A DNA stretch of 64,000 nucleotides from Mobula birostris. Taxonomy: Eukaryota. Each line of letters starts with the position of its first letter. Within the stretch, counting starts at the first letter, position 1. The stretch is taken from contig NC_092386.1 in the NCBI RefSeq assembly GCF_030028105.1, forward strand, positions 28,619,721 to 28,683,720, given 5' to 3'. The notes below the pieces were generated by a model. That model was not told the DNA's origin. It did not search any database and saw only the letters and a list, made by a program, of their open reading frames with translations. A program made the translations under genes and the position numbers. This document shows positions 49,952 to 60,985 of this stretch, in pieces.

Positions 49952-50001
49952 GTAAGTGAGCCTGTGTGAGTCTGACACTCGGTCGGGTTTGAAGTTGGTC
50001 C

Positions 50002-50040
50002 GGGTTGCGGGTCCGGGTCCGGGTCCGGGTCCAGGTCCGG
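50002..50040 (+). repeat. (GGGTCC)n hexamer repeat / G-quadruplex motif
   Basis: GGGTTGCGGGTCCGGGTCCGGGTCCGGGTCCAGGTCCGG, containing five GGG runs. Confidence 0.8.
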
Positions 50041-51252
50041 TCTGCAGGCTCGCGCCCGAGCGCGAACAGCCCCAACACAGCAGCCCAGCAAACACACGCG
50101 AACTTCACACTACGGCACTTGAACTGTTCCTGTGTTACTCCCACCCCTCTGTTCATGTGATGCAGACTACCCAGCTCGTTTCTGGAGAAACATACACGCA
50201 CTGTGAAATTAAAATGCAGCCAGCCAGGCGGGAAAGTGGGGTGTTGCCTTGCAGATTTATTCTAGAACGGCTGCAGTTGTGGAGACCTTGAAATCAGGGG
50301 TCTCGGGCACTCGCGAGTCGATGGGGCCTCAGGGAACGGGGGCCAGGTCTAGGGGGTCGATCTCGCAACTGAAGTAAGAACAGTTCAAGATCAGTCACGC
50401 TTTATTTACAATCCGAAGCCGACTTACCCTACCCCTCCAAAAATACTGACAACGTTTCAGGATAGTATCTGCTCGCTTGGCATACCTGAAATGTTTCTTT
50501 TAAAGTTTAAAGCTGCAGCATTGGCATTGGCCATCGCAGTCAAGCTACCCGTAGTTATAAAGTAAATCCGTGACTTTATTTTACCAGTTGCTGCCTCCTG
50601 AACTTAACAGTCGTTCCCAAATATTTGACGAGGAATAGGAGATCATCCAATTTCAGAAATTCAAGTAGGGGAGCATGAATATGCTGCTATTTTAATTTGT
50701 GAGCAGAGAAACTTAAAAACTACGTCCCGTGGCCTATGGGATGATATTTGTTCACACAGACAGCAAATTATTTATTGTGTACTGTAATCAGATTTAACCC
50801 GGTTAGCGGCCGACGGATCCTACAGTTAGTAATGACAATAAATACGGTAACTTAACTTTGTAAAACAAATCCTGGAGTTAACAACAATTTGCCCTTTTTG
50901 CTTCGTTTGTTGTTGTAATGCTATCAGACAAAATTAATCGCGGAGCCAGATAAGGTAATGACCAAAGCTGAGGCGAAAACATTTTAAGGAATGACTCAAG
51001 GAACAAAGTTGGGCTGGGAAAGGCAGAGCGGTTTAAGAAAGGGGTATTAGATCGTGGGACGAAAACTTTTAGTACATTGTCATTTTAGTACATACGCCCT
51101 GGTTAAAGTAGGTAGAGACTACACCTTGAGGAGTGCAGAAAACTCGGGCTGGGGAATTCATTGAAGTAATCGGGGTCAACGCGAACAGCTACTTTAAAAT
51201 TAGGATGTTATAACTGTACACACCAGATTCCGCAGATGATGGAAATCTTAAG

Positions 51253-51396
51253 CAACACTCACAAAATGCTGGAGGAACACAGCAAGTCGGGTAGCATTTA
51301 TGGAAGTGTACCTTTCCGATGGTGGCTCATCATCGGGACTGGTCAGACACGTAGATGATGTCTGACTGGCTGAGTTCTCCAACTTTTCGTGTGTTT
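51253..51396. mobile_element. Palindromic Penelope-derived mini-element
   Basis: Left arm ACAAAATGCTGGAGGAACACAGCAAGTCGGGTAGCATTTATG is an imperfect inverse of right arm CGTAGATGATGTCTGACTGGCTGAGTTCTCCAACTTTTCGTGT. Confidence 0.6.
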
Positions 51397-51459
51397 TAAA
51401 ACTGTGATTGCCAGATTGGGAGTCAGTATGTATTATTAAAGGAAATTTAATAGGACATT

Positions 51460-52842
51460 TCCGTAAAGTTAAAGGAGATTATATGCCAGTTAGTCTGACC
51501 TCAATCGTTGGAAAGATGTCGGGGTACTTGGAAGCGCATGATTTTAAAAAATGCCGCAGTCAGCATGGTTTCCTCAAGAAAAAATTTTGCCTGACAAATC
51601 TGTTGGAATTCTTTTAAGAAATAACAAGCAGAATAGATAGCAGAGAATTGGTGAATGTTATGTACATCAATTTTCATACGGCCTTTGACATGGTGCCACA
51701 CATGAGGCTGTTTAGCAAGTCAAGAGCCAATAGTGTTACAGGAAATGTACTAATATGGATAGAACATTGTCTGATTGGAAGGAGGCAAAGAATGAGAATA
51801 AACAAAGTATTTTCTGGTTGGCTGCCTGTGACTAGCGGTGTTCTAAAGGAGTCAGTGTTGGGACCAATTCTTTTCGTGTTATATGTCAATGACTTGGAAA
51901 TGGAATTGATGGCTTTGTTGCAAATTTTGCAGACAATATGAAGATAGGTAGAAGGGCAGGTAGTTTTGCAGAAGTAAAGAGGCTACAGAAGGACTTTGAC
52001 AGATTCGGAGAACAGGCAAAGAAGTGGCAGGTGGAATACAGTTGGGAAGTATATGGCCCTGCACTTTGGTAGAAGAAATAAAAACATATACTACTTTCTA
52101 TATGGAGGGAAAATACAAAAATCTGAGGTGCGAAGTGCAAAGGGACTTGGGAGTAAGCCTTGTGCAGTATTCCCTAAAGGTTAATTTGCTGGTTGAGTTG
52201 GTGTTGAGGAAGGCAAATGAGATGTTAGTATTTAATTCAAGAGGACTAGAATATAAAAGCAAAGGTGTAATATTGAGGCTTTATAAAGCACTGGTGAGGC
52301 CTCACTTGGAATATTGTGAGCAAGTTTGGATGCCTCATCTAAGAAAGGATGTGTTCAAAGGAGGTTCACGAAAATGATCCTGGGATTAAAAGACTTGTCA
52401 TATGAAAAGTGTTTGATGTCTCTGGGCCTTGTACTCACTGGAATTCAGAAGAATGAGGGGTGACCTAATTGAAACCTGTTGAATGTTAAAAAGACTGGAT
52501 AGAGTGGATGTGGAGAGGATATTTCCAATGGTGCAAGAGTCTATGTCTGGTGACACAACCTCAGGAAAGAAGGTTGTCCTTTTAGAACGGAGATGAGGAG
52601 GAATTTCTTTAGCTAGAGAGTGGTGAATCTGTGGAATTCGTTGCCACAGGTGGCTGTGGAGGCCAAGTCATTTGATATATTTAAGGCAGAGGTTGAGAGA
52701 TTCTTTATTAGTCAGAGCGTGAAGGGATATGGGGAGAAGGCAGGAGATTGGGGCTGAGAGGGAAAATGGATCAGCCATGATGAAACAGTGGAGCATACAT
52801 GATGTTGATGGCCTAATTCTACTCCTGTATCTTACGGTCTTA
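51460..52842 (+). mobile_element. CR1 LINE RT/3' fragment
   Basis: PVSLTSIVGK, SQHGF..CLTNLLEFF and LVRPHLEYCEQ motifs; tail TCTTACGGTCTTA. Confidence 0.88.
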
Positions 52843-54654
52843 TTTCTGAATGAGCACAAAAACAGTAGTTAAGTGAAATAGCTCTGGTTGGAAAGCGATA
52901 AGTGGATGACATTAATGGAAATGTTAAATGAGTGGCTGGTGAGTAATGCACTGGATTTATCATATAAAACTAACATGGGTGACAGTTGCACAACAGGTCA
53001 GCTGAGAAATGGATGGTGTTATGAAAACGAAATTAGAATTCCAAGCTGATTGGAGTGGAATGCAATCCTAACCTGCTTCAGGGTCACAATGCAGAACTTC
53101 AATTACCTGAGAATGCAGTGAAGTTGATGGTGGAGTATTGAGCTGTGAAGAGGTTAGAATTAATGCTTTCAGGCTTCCCAGTGCTTAATTGGAGGAAAGT
53201 TTGTCTTCCAGAAATGGATGTCCAATCATCACTGTAAAGAGGCAGTGACAGAATGGCTAGGTGTTGCCTGAATATATTTTGAGCCTAACATCGTAATTCC
53301 AGATTATGTCACCGATATGTGTTTGGAAAAAAGTAAAAGAATGGAAACAGGAGTCAACCCCATTCAAAAGATTGTGGCTTAACTTTCACCTCAGCACTTT
53401 CCTATACTAGCCACACATTTCGTAATGATCTAAATATTCATGTTTGTTCAACATGGGAAGTGGAAAATGGGTGCAGATTAGCCATGATAGTGAATAATGG
53501 AGCAGGCATGAGAAGGCAAGTGTGCCATTCCTTCCTCCGTTTCTTACATCAGTGTATGTTACCTTGTTCTTATGAAGCACAGATCTCCAGTGGTAAGGTG
53601 TTGGGGCAAAGAACGAAGTCATTGTGCACTCTCTCTGCATATGAGTAGTTAAATAAGAGTGTAACAGATGGGAGAGTTAATTAAGATAAATGGTTACTGT
53701 AAAACTATCTTATCTGAAAATCCAAAGGGACTGGCTGCATAATATCACAGTCACGTCTGAGATTAAAATAAAGCTAAATTCAAAAGAGAGATATTATTTG
53801 TCTTAAATTTGTTTATATCCTTGATGATTCCAATAACTCATTCATCCATTTTAATAATGCAAATATTGGTGAATAACTAAGTATCATGCTCTGTGATATA
53901 TTTGTTCTTGCATTTGAGATTATTATTTCCAAGTAACATAAAAACTGAAGTATTTCAATTGAATGTTTCAATTGGCAGATCACTTAACCATATTCAAAAG
54001 ATGTTACATTTTATTAATTATATTAAACGATATTAATTCTGGTGAACTTGTATGTGTTTAATGTACAGATGAATAAAATATTGTGATCAAATGCTGTCTC
54101 AGCAACAGGCTTTGTATCCATGAAGTCTATAAAGTGGACACTAAGCAAAATCACTGCCTAGAGTTTCTGGTGTACTAACTTACGAGCAACTGCAACCCTG
54201 TCCTAATGTGCACATTGCATCATGTTAATGTGGTGCCTTGCTAATTTACACATCTAGCTGCTACTTATTGAAGTGACCATAACAGGAAGCAGTACATAAC
54301 GTTTGTTTAGCTGCAGATTAGTCCAGTTTGCCTAATTAAACATGAGCGATTTTTCACAAGAATGTAGTATTTATTAAGCAAAGAAGTGGCATTTCTAATT
54401 CACAGTTACAGATCTTGTAAAGATGTGAAAAAAATTGTACTTTAATGTTAAAATGATTTTGAATTCTGTCTTAATTGGATAAAGGTTGTGTGTTTCGTAA
54501 ACCTGGATGCAAATTTTTACATTTCTATTGAAATGGATATAGTAGTTTAATTTTTTTGGATGTCTGTTCCATTAATAAAGCATAGGTAGAAGAAAATTTA
54601 AAAAAAGATTTTGGAGATCCTGACCTCCAACTTTTGAGACTAAAATTTAAAAAA

Positions 54655-55020
54655 GTACTGAAATTAGCTTTATTAGTCACATGTACATCGAAGCACACAG
54701 TAAAATGTAACTTTTTACATACAGTAAGGGTCTCAGCCTGAAATGCCGACTGTTTACTCTTTTCCACAGATGCTGCCTGACCTGCTGAGTATTTTATGTG
54801 TGTTGCTTTGGATTTGCAGAATCTGTAGATTTTCTCATGTTAGTACAATTTGTTGTTTGCGTCATTAATCAATACAATCTGAGGATGTGCTGGGGGCAGC
54901 CCGCAAGTGTCGCCATGCTTCTTGCATCAGCACATCATGCCCACAAGTTACTAAACCCTTACTAACCTGTATATCTTTTGGAATGTGTGAGGAAACCGAA
55001 GCACCCGGAGGAAACCCACT
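54655..55020. mobile_element. Cluster of short repeats: LINE-type tail split by a Penelope terminal piece, plus a partial V-SINE
   Basis: AAGGGTCTCAGCCTGAAATGCCGACTG..GATGCTGCCTGACCTGCTGAG at 54726-54840; GGAAACCGAAGCACCCGGAGGAAACCCAC at ~54990. Confidence 0.55.
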
Positions 55021-56404
55021 CCTCAACTTGCTTGCTAGACCAATGCTACTTCCTCAAGACTGAGAGTGGAAGGAATTTCTGCTCTCAGGATGTGAGGATT
55101 CTTCAATCCTGTACTTAAGAGAGCTGCCAAGGCTGAATCATTGAATCTGTTCAAGATTATGTGGGATATTTGACTAGGGGAACTGAGAAATTTGGGAAAC
55201 TGACAAAAAAAGTGAAGATAAGACCAATGTCAGATTAACCATGGAATAGTTGAATGATGGGACTCTCTGGAAGGGATCATATGGCCTCATTCCTTAAGTT
55301 CTTTTGGCTTCTGATTATAATCCTACTGTTTTAACTCATCTCTTAATAATATTTTTTTACTTAAGTTGGTGCAATGCTTCCCTTATTAACACCCACACTT
55401 TCCTCTCTCCCCCTCCTCCAGAGTCTCTCAATACTGTCACACTTACCCAAAATTTTGATGACTTTAGTGTTGGCCTGCTTCCATTCTTCTCCTTGCCAGC
55501 TTTATATTACATGACTTCCAATTTGTTTGAAACTTAGTTCTACATCTTCTGACTTGTGTTAAGAAATCTACAGCCTCCAGTTAGCTGACCTTCAATAGTT
55601 CCTTGTTGCTTCAAGCATAGTAGCAAAGTTGTACAACATGGCAACTACACTCTTTCATCCATCAACAAAAATCCTATTTAGCTGCATTATCACTGTATCC
55701 TTCTATGCCTTGCCTACTTGAATGTCTGTTTAAATGCCTTTTCAATGGAGTAATTGTATCCAAATCTACCACCTCCTTTGGCAGTGCATTTCAGGCATCA
55801 ACTACTCAATGCATACCTGTCAAATCCCCATTAGATTTATATCTCTCATCACCTTATTCAAATTATGTCATAACTCTCAGTCTTCTGTTTAATTGTAGTC
55901 CCCTTACACACATACAAATCTTGTTGATCCCTCTGTCCAGTCTGTTTGTGCATTGCCCACACCTTTTATTCCTTTATTGGTGACATATCCTCAAACACCT
56001 TGGACCTAGCTGCTAAGATATATTTCACAAAATATCTATTTCTTTTTCTATCTTATAAAATCGTTATAATAATAATATTGTTTTATCACAGGGCAGAAAC
56101 AGGTCCTTCAGCCCATCCAATCTGTGTCAGAGTCTTTCACTTTCATCTTTCACTTACATCAGTTAATTCCACACAACAGACTGTTGTTCAATCTTATATA
56201 TTTTTCTTATTTATTTTCTTTCTCTCTTGTAATATGCCATTTGCAAAATTTTCTACATCAGAGATAGATAGCTGCAGGTCTAAATTCAGCACAAAAGATA
56301 CTGGGAGCATTGAGCAGTATCTGTGGAGAGAAGTGCCAAGTCAGCACAGTACAAAAGCAAGATACTCAGGATACAGAATCTGAAATAAAAATAGGAAATA
56401 GTTT

Positions 56405-57236
56405 TGCAACACACATCAAAGTTGCTGGTGAACGCAGCAGGCCAAGCAGCATCTGTAGGAAGAGGTGCAGTCGACGTTTCAGGCCGAGACCCTTCGTCAG
56501 GACTAACTGAAGGAAGAGTGAGTGAGGGATTTGAAAGGGGGAGGGGGAGATCCAAAATGATAGGAGAAGACAGGAGGGGGAGGGATAGAGCCAAGAGCTG
56601 GATAGGTGATAGGCAAAAGGGGATACAAGAGGATCATGGGACAGGAGGTCCGGGAAGAAAGACAAGGAGGGGCGGGGGGACCCAGAGGATGGGCAAGAGG
56701 TATATTCAGAGGGACAGAGGGAGAAAAAGGAGAGTGAGAGAAAGAATGTGTGCATAAAAATGAGTAACAGATGGGGTACGAGGGGGAGGTGGGGCCTTAG
56801 CGGAAGTTAGAGAAGTCGATGTTCATGCCATCAGATTGGAGGCTACCCAGACGGAATATAAGGTGTTGTTCCTCCAACCTGAGTGTGGCTTCATCTTTAC
56901 AGTAGAGGACGCCGTGGATAGACATGTCAGAATAGGAATGGGATGTGGAATTAAAATGTGTGGCCACTGGGAGATCCTGCTTTCTCTGGCGGACAGAGCG
57001 TAGATGTTCAGCAAAGCGGTCTCCCAGTCTGCGTCGGGTCTCGCCAATATATAAAAGGCCACATTGGGAGCACCGGACGCAGTATATCACCCCAGTCGAC
57101 TCACAGGTGAAGTGTTGCCTCACCTGGAAGGACTGTTTGGGGCCCTGAATGGTGGTAAGGGAGGAAGTGTAAGGACATGTGTAGCACTTGTTCCGCCTAC
57201 ACGGATAAGTGCCAGGAGGGAGATCAGTGGGGAGGG
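56405..57236 (-). mobile_element. Penelope-like element 3' part: open GIY-YIG frame plus terminal region
   Basis: ORF 56797..57123(-) VIYCVRCSQCGLLYIGETRRRLGDRFAEH..RLEEQHLIFRLGSLQSDGMNIDF; highly similar to 388-700. Confidence 0.92.
56469..56504 (-). ncRNA. Minimal type I hammerhead ribozyme motif in the Penelope terminal region
   Basis: Minus strand reads AGTC-CTGACGA-AGGGTCTCGGCCT-GAAA-CG-TC^-GACT: CUGANGA and GAAA cores, helix I AGTC/GACT, short helix II, palindromic ACGU helix III and a GUC cleavage triplet. Confidence 0.75.
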
Positions 57237-59449
57237 AAGTTTTGCAAGTTAGCAGGCAGGATTAGTGGGGAGAACAGACAAGTTCACATTTCATTTGCGG
57301 ACCCAAATGCAAGTTGAAGTGGTAATCGTAAAAAGCTCTGTCCCTACACCCACTGCCCTTGACAAAACTACCAAGTTGCACTGCAATGTAATTACATGAA
57401 TCAAAATATTGATCTGCAGTATTTGGAGCATTTGCCATTATAATGCACAGAGTTTTCTACACCTTGGTTTAGATAAGCAAGTGAAAACTCAAATAATTAT
57501 TATTGATTGTATTTGCATGTATTCTTTGTGGCAAATTTCAGGAGAAAAAGAGGAATTGAAAAAAGATTAACCAGTGGCATACAATTGCATGTTTTCACCT
57601 AATTCTATACTTCTAAAATCAGGATTCACATTTACCTCCAAAGTAATCAAATCTGTAGATTGGAAAATATGCACACTGTCATTTGCAGCATTAGTTTCAG
57701 AACAAAAGAGCTTCATTCTCTGCTCAGGTTTAAAGTGTACTCACAGGAAGATTACTGAGTAATTTTGTATTTAGTTACTTTGTTTTGCATGACATAAGAA
57801 TGATCAACTTCTATCTTAATATTTTATGGGATATAAAATGCTTGGTTTTATATACAGTGCACATACAGACCTTTAGGAAGTCATTCTTGATGGGGTAAAA
57901 TGTTGTGTCTGCCTTCACCCAAAGGGGTACTTGGAGAGTTACTTCATCTGGAAAAAAAATTAAAGAAACTAGAAATGGAATCATCAAAGGGTTTTTTCCA
58001 GTTATCTAATTTTCAAGACAAGACCAGCAGTACTGTAAACAGGAGTACTTGTCTTTATGGTTTTCTTTGTGCTTAAAATTAAAAAAAGAAATTCTACAAG
58101 AAAGGCTTTTTGTTTATTGCAATTAATTATTTTTAAGATATATGTAAATATTTTGAGACAATTGCAATAATTAGACTATACAATGAAATTTGAAATATTA
58201 ATAAGGTCTAATTAACTGTTTATGAAGTGATTGTATTTTGCTAATATTGTTCTAAATCTACACTTCTCTGCTCATGTTCCTTCCTTGCACTGGAATTGCA
58301 TGACAAGATATTGCACATTCATAATTATGTCTTCATCAATTAAAAAAGATATAAAGAACTTCCATATTTTAATGGAGGATTGGGCTGGTGACAGGAAAGC
58401 CGCTTGGATAGAAGCTAAAAGGCAGAAGTATGGTTGTGCTTTGATTGTTGTACGTGAACACTACACCTTGAGATCTATGAACATTAACAGTAGTAGTAAG
58501 ATAGATCTTGTCTAGGCCATTCAGCCCATTGATTCTGCCTTTCTCTTCACTGTTAAATTTTGTTTGTGGGTTAATCTATCAATCTCCCTATCTCTTGGTA
58601 CCCAATGTATTATTGATCTTACTTTGAAGGTAATGAGGTAATGAATTTCTTCTGAGGTAATGAATTTTAAAGATTCACAGTTCTCTTCATTGTGATATTT
58701 TCCTTATTCACTCCTGCTTTAATTGCTTAATTTTGAGACCCTCTTGGTGTTAGATTTTCTGGTCAGACAGAACAGCCTGTCAACACCTGGCCTGTCAGTC
58801 TCATAATATTTAAATCTGATCATACCTCATTCTCCTTAAATCAGGTTTCTCTTCCTTATGGGACAATCCCTTGTCCTCAGTTTTAATCCACCTAATTCTT
58901 GTAGCTCTATCTTCAAAGACCAAAACAGACTGGTAGATACAGCTGCAACCAGATCTTCCTCATCCTTGTGCATTTCCAATATGGCCCATGCTCATATGAA
59001 CCTCTTTTCTTCTCCTGCAAGTCCTTTGTAAACCATTATTCTACTATCCCTGAATCCAGAAGCTTTGAAATATCAAATTAATCTCAGTATAGTATTGAAG
59101 AATGAATGGACAGATTTTGTATTACGCACTACTTCACCTATTGATTTTTGGTATAACTGGACCACACTGCAATCCTCAATGAATAACACGTTAACCTAAT
59201 TTTGAAGTGTAAGGAAACAGCACTGCTTTAAGTGGTACAAAGTTACTCCAAAATATGTGACTCTCCAATACTCCTCTTTTGCGATCAATCCCTCCTCTCT
59301 ATGTAAAACCATAGAGCCCCTCAGGGGTGCTATCAGGCTTCCTGCAGTCTCTGATGAGCAAGTTGCTCATGCATTCAGGAGCTCACCAATGGAATTTGGT
59401 TTCAATCTGGCCATAGAACAAACAGATTGGTCCCTCAAAACCTTCTTCC

Positions 59450-59800
59450 CTATCCATAGACATAGAGTTATATGGCATGGAAACAGATCCTGCAACCCAA
59501 TGTCCATGCAGATCGAGAGGTCTATTTATGCTAATCCTTTTTGCATGCATTAGGCTCATACCCCGCCCCCCCCAACCTATCCAATTCATTTTCCTGTCCA
59601 AATGTCTTAAATATCATAATTGTAGTTGCCTCTATCACCTTTTCTGTTAGCTCATTTCGGATACTCACCACCCGCTGTGTGGAAAAACTCAACCCTCAAT
59701 TCCAATTTAAATCTTTCCCCTCTCACATTTAACCAATGGCCTCTACCTTTATTCTCCCCTACCATGGAAAAAATGACAGTGACTATTATCCTATCAGTTA
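59450..59800 (-). mobile_element. Old CR1 3' end
   Basis: CATAGACATAGAG tail and CTCACCACCCGCTGTGTGGAAAAACT (FFTQRVV on the minus strand). Confidence 0.55.
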
Positions 59801-60619
59801 GACTGTGGACAAAATAAAATCTTAATTCCAATAACCTGTCTTATTTAGTTACCTTCATTACCTTTTACTGCAAAAAAAATAGTATCAGTTTTGAAATTTC
59901 TCACAGAATTAGCCCGGATACCCTTTTGGGAGGAGTGCTCCAGATTTCCACTTCCATTTCTGAGACAATATGTTCCTGTGCTTGTTCCTGAAGTGCCTAT
60001 GCACAGAAGAGAAAGTTATTTTTACTAAAGACCTTATCAAGTTCTTTAATCATTAGGAATGAAGGGCAAGATGTTGGCAGCCAAACTTCTCTGGCTCTTT
60101 AATTGAAACATGGCCTGGGTAGCCCCAGCTCATCCATGCCACCTCTTGTGATTGATAATTAAGCATGCTGGAGTTTCAGTGAAACAGGCCTGAAATTTAT
60201 TTTGCGAAATAAATCTCCAGACTGATCGTGGTTTTCTGAAAACTGACATGAGAAGGTCAGATTGAGGGGAGACATCAGAGCCCTGGTGCATAGTGAGAAA
60301 TTATACGTGCTGCTGCTTTGCTAAATTCAGGTTAGTCCTAAAACATACATTTGGACAGATCATTCCAGAGTGAATTGGAAATGTAAAGAGCGACTGACAT
60401 TCATTGGGTATGTCAACAAGAACAGGAGAATCCAATAAATAAGGTTACAAATGCTGAAAGAAGAAAAGGTAAGCAATTGATTTAACTCTTTCCTACCTTT
60501 CAAAAATCAGGTTCTCGTTATGGAATAACCAACATTTTTATAAAACTTCATTTTAGAAGCCAGAGTTTGAGCCTTTTATGATTGCTTCTAGCTATAATCA
60601 CAACTAGAATCAAATAATG

Positions 60620-60985
60620 AGAATAAAGTGGAGAGCTTTAAGGCCATCTCGATCGGAGATAGGGACTGGGCATCCATGGTAAAAATGAGGGGGTCAGGGA
60701 ATTGAAAGGTGGTGAGGAGTTTGAGAGCATTAGAAGTGTTGCAGATGTAGGTGGAAAGGTGGGGTGTAGAATGGAGTCGAGGTATGAGGACAGGTTTATT
60801 GGGGCAGGAGCAGGCAGAGACAGTAGGCCTTATCAGGTTTGTGGATCTTGGGTAGGAGGTAGAAGGGAGTAGTGTGGAGTAAGGGAACTGTGAGTTTGAA
60901 GGCAGTAGTTGGGAGTTGATGAGGTTAGTGATGATGTTGGAGACAGTTTTCTGATGGTCTGAAGCAGGATCCTCTTCAAAGGGTT
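60620..60985 (-). mobile_element. Decayed Penelope RT fragment
   Basis: GGTTTGTGGATCTTGGGTAGGAGGTAGAAG matches 1737-1765 (YLLPKIHKP on the minus strand). Confidence 0.65.

Noticed and set aside
49852-50291. Overlapping ORFs with PDPDPD / GPGPGP / TRTRTR repeats
   Set aside because: Translations of the (GGGTCC)n repeat in a GC-rich, stop-poor CpG island.
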